Assembly: GCF_006345805.1 (NCBI RefSeq)
Contig: NC_043001.1
Coordinates: 52,762,001 to 52,826,000 of the forward strand
Source: Octopus sinensis
Lineage: Eukaryota
DNA: 64,000 bases
Direction of reading: 5' to 3'
Shown: piece by piece, positions 54,330-64,000 of the stretch
Position numbering within the stretch: the stretch's first letter is position 1
How the letters are laid out: each line of letters starts with the position of its first letter
Notes under the pieces: generated by a model
What the model was told of the DNA's origin: nothing
Databases searched by the model: none
What the model saw: only the letters and a program-made list of their open reading frames with translations
Translations under genes and position numbers: made by a program

Positions 54330-55765
54330 ATGGTGCCAGCTGGTTGGAGTTATTTGACTTATGGGATCTCTCAATATGCCGGTACTGTAAAAGATAAAAT
54401 GGCTGCCCCATCAGTTAAAATAACTCAGCAGCTGAATTGAAAAAAAATGACAAAAATGTTATGTGTTATGATATTCACGAACTGCTATTGAAAGTGATAT
54501 AAAAATTAAATCCGCCAGAATTTCAAGAATGAAAGAAATGTTTAAAAATTAGCAAAATGAAAAATACAAGTTCAAATACATTTTCACGATGCTCGATGTT
54601 TTAATGTACGCGCAAAAAGTGATGGTACCACTCGCACTACAGAAACGAGTACTGCAAGAATTCCACAGTGGACACCCGGAAATGTCGAGAATGAATGCCT
54701 TAGTGTGAAGCTATGCATCGGGACCGACTATAGACCGGGACAGTGATTGTGTAAAATCATGTAGATGTTGTGCGGCACCACCGGTGAAACACCAATCGTG
54801 ACCTGAGATGGATACTACGTGGTTCATTGTACATATCGACTACTCTACACCGGTAAACGGCGCATATTATCTAATCGTTGTTGATAGAAGTCCACAGAGG
54901 TCAGAGGTATGGAGGTACAATAAACCAATCGCAAAGACAATAATAAAGTTCCTGTACGTATTATTTGCCCGCTGGAATCAGATTATGAAACATAATTTAC
55001 GGAGTGTGAATTTAAAATATTCCTGCAAAATACATGCGATAAAGTATATTTTTATCCCGCAATAGCACGCGAGGTCAAACGGGCAGATAGAAAGATTTGT
55101 TGATATTTTCAAGCGAGGCTTAAAAACATACAAGGAATGACGTATGAAATGACGAAACTCAAACGAAATTCTTGAAGGTATAAATAGTAACAACCAATCC
55201 GAATATCTGCTCAAGAAAGTCTCCGGCTGAGTTAATGTTCACGCGAAAAATAAAATCGATCTTCGATTAATTATTGCCGAGAAAAAATATGTTTAAAGGA
55301 AATACAGAAGAGGCAGCACATTTCGAAGTAGGAGATAAGGTTCATTTTAAAATTTACAACAATGGTAATCAAGACTAAGAGGATAGTTTTGTAACTAAAA
55401 GATTAGGAAACATTATTTATGTAACTGAAGGACAACATTGGGAACATAAGAGACATGTAAACCAATTAAGGTCAAGACATACTGAAAAACGAAAGGCAAT
55501 ACCAATGGAAGTCTGTCATGGCTTGTTTGATTTGGCAGCACCGAAAGAGATTGTTGGTTCGTGAAGAGACTGTTGGATCGTTACGTTGTTATTACGGCTG
55601 CATGGTTACCTTATTTACTGTTACTACACTGGTACAGTGTATCTAAACCATCCGTCACAATATCGTGGTGGTGGCACGACGGAGGATACAACAATAGGTG
55701 AGGGAATCATAAAGTCTTAGTTGTACACGATTAAAGAGGTTGTTTTGAAATAAAATATAGCAATA
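54330..55765 (+). mobile_element. Deleted Gypsy LTR retrotransposon (integrase remnant, PBS-like site, possible 3' LTR)
   Basis: VLQEFHSGHPEMSRM, CVKSCRCC, VHIDYSTPVNGAYYLIVVD, NGQIERFV; tggtgccag PBS-like site at ~54331; purine-rich tract then TGTTGG at ~55571. Confidence 0.8.
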
Positions 55766-57213
55766 TTTTTGGTATCGTTTAAACTTAAAATATACTTTGA
55801 AATTTTCACGGAATAGACTATTTTATGATCATAGTATTAGAAAAAAGCCTATAAACTAGTTCAGGATTCATTCGACTCACTGACCACTCATTATGAAGAC
55901 ACACTGTTTCAACATAATATAAATAGCTAGATTAAGAGGAAATACGGTGGAAAGAACTAAAATGAAAACGAATGAGTTTCTTTGTGAGATTGTTAAAAAC
56001 AAACTGGTGTATATCATCGAATATTTGGCTAGGTTAACTTATATGTACATCTACTTAAGTGATATCCTACTGAAAAGTACTTGTGTGGAAAGTGCTTAAC
56101 TACATTTCTAAAAGAATGCGGGAATTTCAGAGCGATTTCGTTTCGGCAAATTAAACTGTAATTAGAGCTAAAGATATGGAATATTTCTTCCAAGCATAAA
56201 TTACACTCCAAATTTCCAAAAGTATACGGTGAAGCTCTGCCAATTATTGTCCATTTAATATCATAATTTGTGTTGTTATATTTAAAAACGAGATAAACCC
56301 ATTCAAGCTAATATAATTCATTTCCTTTACTCGGAATATAATTTAATACTGTAATAAACAAGTTAGGAAGATGCATAATTCTTCACTCATTTTATGATGT
56401 CTCAGTTACACATGTGTATCTGTGAGTGTGAGTGTGTGAGTGTGTGAGTGTATGCGTGTGCGTATGTATGTATATATATATATATATGTGTGTGTGTGTA
56501 TACATATCTTTCTGTTCATCTATCTACGTATGTGTAAATATAGATGTGTGTGTAAGTGGGTGTGCGTATGTGTGAGTATGTATATGAATGTATATGCAGA
56601 GAGAATGAGCAGTGGTGGAGTATCAAAATAGTAGGTTTTCCACTTGTAAATCCTCCTCTAGTTCCTTTCCAGAGTGACGTATCCTCTATCAATCTAGTAG
56701 AACAGTACTACTATATGCTTTTCATAAGATATGCATTGATATGGTTTCTTTAAAGAATAAAATATGTCCTGAAAATATGTTCCGCATAGCTGAATTACTT
56801 TATGCCCGCATTCATATTTTAGTTCATTATAGACTTAATATATTCGACACTTCCTTAAATGATTGATTAACGCCGCCATGACAACATCGTCAATTTATTC
56901 GATTTATGCTCACAAATTTATAAGTATATGGAACTTGAAATGATCCTCGTCAACAAAAACATACAAGTTCGTTTTAAGCAATCTAAAATATATATAAAAA
57001 ATACTAAATAATTTATGGTTCTAATGCTTTTTTTTTTATTTACTGATCCAATCATCAATGTCAGTGTTTTAGAGTTTATGCATTGATATATATTTTTACG
57101 GTGAAATAGTGATATTTCAAATTCTCATCGGGAGTTGGTAAAAGATTTATCACAATAAAATTTAATTCAGACACGCAATTGATATTAGATCTCTATATAT
57201 TTCCTCCTCAACC

Positions 57214-57304
<91 letters not shown>

Positions 57305-57413
57305 CATACATACATACGTACGTACGTACATACATACAAATATGTATATACATACGATATATATGCATATATGTACACATATATATATGTCTATATATAT
57401 GTGTGTGAATGTG

Positions 57414-57463
<50 letters not shown>

Positions 57464-57501
57464 GATAGATAGATATTATTATTATTAATAAAAAAGAATT
57501 G

Positions 57502-57538
<37 letters not shown>

Positions 57539-57619
57539 TATTATTATTATTATTATTAAATAATAACAATAATATAAGTGATCAGCAAGCATTAAAGCTA
57601 AAAAGGCTAATATATAAAT

Positions 57620-58255
57620 TTATAATTAATTATAATTATGATTGAAGGAAAACGAAGTACCATCGTTTGCTAGAAATGAGAGTCGAATATATATGCCACC
57701 ATTTCAATGAAAATACAACAGGAAACTAAGGGACGAACAAAATTTCACTAATTATTGCGGCTGAAAGTCGCAAATGAGGATAAAAGATATACCTACATCA
57801 CATGACTTCAACTTTGATATATATTTCTCTTACTACTCTTCAGTAGGGCTCGCTGTTAGCCGGGAGTTAAATTTATGCTCGCTTAGACGTGCCTGTCAAA
57901 ATCATAGAAAGACCAGAGCCAAATTCAAATTATATCAGTGTATAATTATACATAAATAGATGAAGATATTATTATTAATAATAATTTTAAACTATAAGTG
58001 CCGAAAAATACTTAAATAAGCCATTACTTCACTGAATATATCTATAAGTTCGAAATCATGTCATATAGGTATATCTGTGATACTCATTTGCGACTTTCAG
58101 CCCCAATGGTAAATTACATTTTGCTCGAACCTCGATTCTCGTCAGCCTCTTGCAATTTCAGTGAAATGGTTGCATATTTGAGTATTTTTGGACTTTCATT
58201 CTAGCAACGCTAGTACTTCGTGTACCCTCAGTTATAATTAATAATTAATTATAGC
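57620..58255. repeat. Inverted pair of a ~230-bp hammerhead-bearing repeat
   Basis: 57640-57850 is the reverse complement of 58030-58250 (aagtac...gctagaaatgagagtc...gctgaaagtcgcaaatgag..ta...atacct); a third copy lies at 59220-59490. Confidence 0.85.
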
Positions 58256-58307
58256 TTAAAAATTCACCTTTTTGGTTTTAATTCTTGCTGGCCACTTATT
58301 GTTGTTT

Positions 58308-58370
<63 letters not shown>

Positions 58371-58371
58371 G

Positions 58372-58693
58372 GTAAGACCCCCTTCGGTCATGAATGACCA
58401 TGGGATTGCACATAGAAAGTTACCCTCCTAGACACATGTCCGGGCAAGGTTGTTTATGGAAGACCAGCAGTCGCCCATGCATACCAGCCTCCCCTCTCCA
58501 CCCCACCAGTGTTATCCAAAGGAAAGACAAAGGTCGATACAGCTTGGCACCTGTGGCGTCGCAACTCATTTCTACAGCTGAGTGAACTGGAGCAACGTGA
58601 AAATAAAGTGCTTTGCTCAAGAACACACCACCGGGTTTCGAGCTCACAACCTCACGATCGTAAGCTCGACGCTCTAACCACTGAGCCATGCGC
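58372..58693 (-). mobile_element. tRNA-derived SINE (family D) within (TAA)n
   Basis: Reverse-complement head gcgcatggctcagtggttagagcgtcgagcttacgatcgtgaggttgtgagctcgaaaccc; (TAA)n on both sides. Confidence 0.8.
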
Positions 58694-58734
58694 TAATAAT
58701 AATAATAATAATAATAATATAATAATAGTGTTTC

Positions 58735-58985
58735 GTTCAACGTCCTTAAACAACCCTTATTCAGGGACCTTTTGAGCGGGATGGGTTACTCGATCTGAAG
58801 AAAATTCTAACTGGGCTCCACCTGCAAGTTCATGTGCTGTTTATCTTGATATGAGATCACCATGTCGCGCACATATGGTTGTGATGCATGTGCCTGGTGT
58901 ACCCTTATCAGGCGGGTAGTCATGATGGGTATACTGGGCTTCGTATATTTTAGCCCAGTGTCACTTTGATGGCATGCTCTGCTCG
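58735..58985 (+). mobile_element. SINE-like family E, 5'-truncated
   Basis: Reverse complement of 13050-13290; followed by (TAA)n. Confidence 0.75.
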
Positions 58986-58992
58986 CTCACTC

Positions 58993-59085
58993 AATAATAA
59001 TAATAATAACAGTAATAATAATAATAATAATAATATAGTAATAGTAATAATAATAATAATAATAATAAAATAATAATAATAATAA

Positions 59086-59116
<31 letters not shown>

Positions 59117-59172
59117 AAGAAGAAGAAGAAGAAGAGAAGAAGAAGAAGAAGAAGAAGAAGAAGAAGAAGAAG
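58993..59172. repeat. (TAA)n grading into (GAA)n microsatellite
   Basis: Read directly. Confidence 0.95.
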
Positions 59173-59224
59173 ATCTTTATTCATTTATATATAATTATAC
59201 ACTGATATCGTTTAAATTTGGCGC

Positions 59225-59301
59225 TGGTCTTGCGAAGATTTTGACTGCCTGCAAAATCCTACTGATGAAAACTAAGGGAAATATCTCAAAGTTCGAAACC
59301 A
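59225..59301 (+). ncRNA. Type III hammerhead ribozyme motif (two mismatches)
   Basis: Stem III TGGT/ACCA; GUC at 59227-29; stem I T-t-G, CGAA bulge, then GATTTTG/CAAAATC; CTGATGA at 59262-68; stem II AACT/AGTT with an A-C base pair at its base; GAAA at 59295-98. Confidence 0.65.
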
Positions 59302-59485
59302 AATCATATAGGTATACTTGTGATACTCATTTGTGAATTTATAACACAATAGTTAGTTAAATATTGCTCGCCCCTCAATTTTCGTCAACTTCTTGTATTT
59401 TCAGTGAAATGGTGGCTTATACGAATATTTTTTTACTCGTATTTCTAGCAACGCTGGCATTTAGAGTACTCTCAATTATAATTAA

Positions 59486-59529
<44 letters not shown>

Positions 59530-59612
59530 TCAAAGTAATCGTGAAACCACAAAAGAATGAAAGAGACATCAATACTATGGAAATAGAGGAATTTATCTGT
59601 AATATAATGTTA

Positions 59613-59740
59613 CAATTATTCGGTTGCCATAATAAGACTCCAAGTTTCGGATGTCGGGGTGGAAACCTACTCCGGCATCTCGTCAATTATCGCCCCAGCA
59701 TCTGAAACTCAAAGTCTTCTTATGCCAACCGAATAATTGC
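59613..59740. repeat. Short foldback element containing a degenerate minus-strand hammerhead (59631-59691)
   Basis: Arms aattattcggttgccataataagact / agtcttcttatgccaaccgaataatt; minus strand gataa TTGACGA GATG...CATC C GAAA C ttgga GTC ttatt. Confidence 0.7.
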
Positions 59741-59846
59741 AACACACACACACATACACAAACACACAAACACACACACAAACACATAGACACAGACACA
59801 GACACACACACACACATATATATATATATACATACATATATATATA

Positions 59847-59896
<50 letters not shown>

Positions 59897-60029
59897 TATA
59901 TATATGTTTATATCAGATATCCGAATAAGAAGCACAATCTAAAGAATAAAACAGTAAATTATTAAAACACTAAAGTTAATGTCTGATCATAGAGTGACCG
60001 ATAGTTTCGGATCCACGAAAGCCACAGCC

Positions 60030-61230
60030 TTGTGACTAGCTCTTAAAATGCTATATAAAACACATTTAACTCTTCATCTCGCGGAGGTGGAGAAACGCTA
60101 TGGTCAATTGGTCAAGCGGAACTTTGTATCTAACCTCAAATGCCACCTGATAATCCCAGCCAAATCCGGCATTAACCAAGTGAGCAAGTATATACTGAAG
60201 AACATTAATGATGACACGAGGACAACTCGCCTCCCTCTATGGCGCAGCATCAATGAGGTGATCTCATGTTTTAATGCCGACTAGGGGAGAGGCAGGGGTA
60301 AGTTTACACAGTTCGACTGTTACCTGTGAATATCAAGACGTTTGCTGATGAAGGAACCTTCCTTTGCTAATGGATATACTAGCGTTATCATGCATAGCAG
60401 GAAAACGGTGCTGTTCAACAAAGATTCGACACGGGTCAAGCAATCGGATGCTGAGGGCCCCTTCGATGTGGCTATTTCAGCCAAAGTCATCGCCGACTTC
60501 TGCGATCTTATTGGACCACACAACCTGGACACCTTAGAGAAGAAATACCCTTCGGTGCTCATTAATCTCTGCAGAGATGACGCCCTAGCCATCTATAGAG
60601 GAGCCAATGGACACACGCTAGATAAACACCTGATGAGTGCCCTAGACTCCACGATCAACATTGACTCAAGATCACCATTGATACTAATCTCACCACGTAG
60701 ACTTCCTAGATGTTACTTTAGACCTGGCTCAGGTATATACATGCCCTATCACAAGCCAACCGAGAGGCTGCTCTGTATTAACACGGCTTCCTTTCACCCC
60801 TATTGTGCTCAAGAACCTAGGGAATAGTGTCAGCAAGTGGATCTCGTATCTATACACTTATCAAGATATTTTCTACGCCACCGCCCCTAGTACATCAAGG
60901 TGCTGGCGTCTAGTTCATTTAAGGATAGCATCTCCTACATGCCTGACCCAAGCGCCCACAAAATGAGTCGCCACCGAAACTTCGTTTGCTTTGCTCCACT
61001 CTTCTCACTCAATTTCAAGAATTGTGTGGGAATGATATTCCTCAGGCTAACAGACAAGCACTTAACACAGATACATATATAGCCATTTATTCAACAAACA
61101 CCCTCAGGCTCTCCTTTAGTTGTGCACCCACCATAAGTATTTTAACTAACAACCACAAAACACGGAAGGAGGAAAGTTGCTCTTGCAGAGTGTACAATGA
61201 CTGTCCAGTAGAGGCTGATGCGAGGCCGAA
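60030..61230 (+). mobile_element. Penelope/Poseidon-like RT remnant with the start of the GIY-YIG linker
   Basis: IIPAKSGINQVSKYIL, FDVAISAKVIADFCDLIG...LCRDDALAI (compare FDVTMGSYDGAEVCELVG...YRDD), YMPYHKP..L.CIN..S.HP and CSCRVYNDCPV. Confidence 0.85.
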
Positions 61231-61236
61231 GAAGTC

Positions 61237-61893
61237 ATGTACGAGGTTACGGTGACGCCTAGACCTGGCAAACACAGTACAAACAATCTACCATATCCAA
61301 CATCGATGATGACACCGGAGGCGACAACAGGGATAGATACACCAGCTCTGACGCCAACGACACCAGTACCAATACCACAAAAAGATAGGATGACCAATCC
61401 AGTACGAATGACACTGAGGAGGTAACCAGCGACTCCAGTACCAACACCACTGCCGAAGAGGATGACCAGACAAGTACCAGCGACAAGGAAGAAATAAAAG
61501 GCTCTGAACCCTACGTTACCAGCAACGACTCCCAGACCACCGCCGGCAGCAATAGCGCCAAGCCTATGGCCAGACACGGGCATCAAAGTGAGAACAACCG
61601 CGGTGACGATGGACATATTAGCACTGCCTATCCAATACGCCATAATGAATGCAGACCCAGCAACTCTGGTAGCACCAACAACATCCCCAGATCTAGAGCC
61701 AACGAGAGATACATCAGGAACGAGAACATACCCTCTAATTACATCGGATAGGCCAGCTCACCTTCACGCGACGCTTCTCCAACCACCAGTAATCCATCGT
61801 TACGTCCCTGGTCAGCCATGTATGGGGCCTCAAGGATCAAGGGACACACTTGATCTTAGAATACCCAGGCCCTATACTACTGGGAGCGGGTGA
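61237..61893 (+). other. GC-richer Pro/Thr-rich decayed reading frame, probably transposon-derived
   Basis: ORFs 61237-61425 and 61588-61893 lie in one frame broken by stops; downstream ILRATSCNIGTL resembles a LINE endonuclease start. Confidence 0.35.
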
Positions 61894-64000
61894 TGCAAAA
61901 TCGGCATCGCTGAGAGAGCCAAAGTTCATAAAAACTATGCTAATTCTGGCTCACTGAACACTCATAAAGAAATATATAAACAATGTTTCCATATTAAGAG
62001 CTACCTCTTGCAACATTGGGACTCTCCGTTCACAGATTAGTCTCGTAAGGCACCGTAGGAAATACGACGGTCCAGAGGAGACAACCCATCCTCAACGATG
62101 TTTTTTTTTCTTCTCATAGACGTTTGACAAATGGACCATTGCGTACTTCCCCCTAGCTCCGGCTTCCGTGGATGCAAAACCATTGGTCATTCTATGACCA
62201 GACTTGAAAAATTAGTGTTGCAATGTGTGTGTGTGTGTGTATACAATCATGTAGATTATATATTTTATTGAAAATTAATTGTACAAATATAACTGTCGGT
62301 GGAAAACAAATAATACATACACATGAGTTTGAACCAACAGTAAAGTTCCATTAAGTTTTTTTTGTCCAATAGAATCCTTAACATTTTGAAGATTCCTTTA
62401 GAAAAATCACATTGATGACCTGAAATTCTCATTTGCTTCTGTTTTTGTAAAGTACTGTTTAAAATCCAAGCTAGTGATGAAAGATATTAATACACATGCA
62501 TTAATACACATACACTTCAAACATAAAGGAAACATATACAGACAATATACAGACATATATACACAAATATATATATACGGAGCAATACATATACGCAATT
62601 ATACAAAAATAAATTAAATGTCACTTCAACTTTAACCACCAAAATTAACACTCAGATTTCTACCTCTGTGATTTACAAATAAGTAACTAATACACAGACA
62701 CATACACACACACACACAAAGCCTACGTTATATGACTGACAGGCAATGGTAAATCGCTGGGGATATTGAGCGGGTCATCTTCAATAATGGGAAAGATGAA
62801 ATCAATTTCAATGTACACACGGAAATTAAATGAAAGCGATTAATTCCACGCCCCCTCCTTCAGTCTATATGCAATTTCAAGTTACCTAGAGCCAAGACAA
62901 AACTGTACGACCATACGAACTTGGTAGCCACCTAAGTGATTGGATGTCACCTGATAACTCGCTAATGCCAGTAACCAACAACAACATTTTTCAAAGCAAA
63001 TAACAATAATGTTACCATTCTTTACGACATCATTACAGCTCACCGCTCTCTAATATTTGTGGCTAAGTTTAGCAGTCAGTCAGCACTTTTGATGCTTGGG
63101 AATAGTCGCTCCGATAAAGTCAATTGTTTACATAATATCGCATATGCCAACTCCGGAGGGTTGAATGGTAAAGTTGACCTGTTTGCGATTTGAACTCAGG
63201 ACGCTAAAAAATCTGCCAATAAATCACATTTATAATAGTTTATGATTTAGACTGAAAGTCAGCAGCTATAGTAAAAGAGTTAGTCGTCTATATTGACCCT
63301 AAAACTCGACTAGAAAATTATTTTATCACTATCGAATGTATAAAAGACAAATCGACTTCGGCAGGATATCCTACATATCTAAATATGGAAATCTTAATAT
63401 ATCAAGTTTATGTGATCGATTATTTGGTCGCGTATCTAATCTAGAGCTTCCAGATTTACTAAATTCAGTAACATTGTTTTACGAACTGAAGACGGTCGAT
63501 ATGTGCATTCAATCTTTGATGCGTAAATGATTCTGTCAATACTGATCTAATATAATCATTGTATTGTCTCCCAAATTATGGCCTGTTTGTGTTAGAAATG
63601 GCTATTATTTACTACCAAAGATTAGCGGATAACAACCAGCTGGCAGTATTTAATTACCTTCACTTCAAGTTTGAGTTGAAATCTCATTGAATTAAACTTC
63701 TAGACTTCAATAACGTAGACTGCAATCTTAGTTAAGTCACAAAACAATTTTGGGTTTTCTTCGTAACATGTTCCCTTTGTGCTTGTAAGAAAAGAAACAA
63801 CTAAAAGAATCGCTATTTGCGCTGTTAACATAGAGATCTAAATCGAGGATTTTGCATATTTATTCTTAGTAAGTTCCGACTGATTTGAATACAAATATGC
63901 TAGTCACCCTTGTGTACATCACAGGGAAGCATCTCCATTTTACAATATGTCCATTACTGCCAAAGGTTCTGCACCTTCACTATTTCGAGATGTGTCAAGT

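Overview
AT-rich eukaryotic genomic DNA, saturated with microsatellites and decayed transposons. The SINE families and the repeat mix point to a coleoid cephalopod (Octopus-like); this is inference from recognition, not a database hit. No intact host protein-coding gene, rRNA, tRNA or CRISPR array is supported. The window holds remnants of mariner/Tc1, piggyBac, probable hAT and Helitron, a Gypsy integrase, RTE, CR1/L2 and R4/Dong-type LINEs, several Penelope-like element (PLE) fragments, at least five SINE families, and many foldback (inverted-repeat) elements. The most notable signal is a set of hammerhead ribozyme (HHR) motifs from several unrelated repeat families. One type I HHR at 11246-11306 has every catalytic-core base and all three helices intact. 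Near-intact minimal type I motifs lie at 19171-19237 and 36648-36730, a type III motif at 59225-59301, and there are degenerate copies. Most sit inside inverted-repeat or pseudo-LTR-like units, suggesting a PLE/retrozyme-like non-autonomous retroelement system. A weak candidate terminal exon of a minus-strand host transcript lies at 18692-18772. All structures were folded by eye, and coordinates of decayed elements are approximate.
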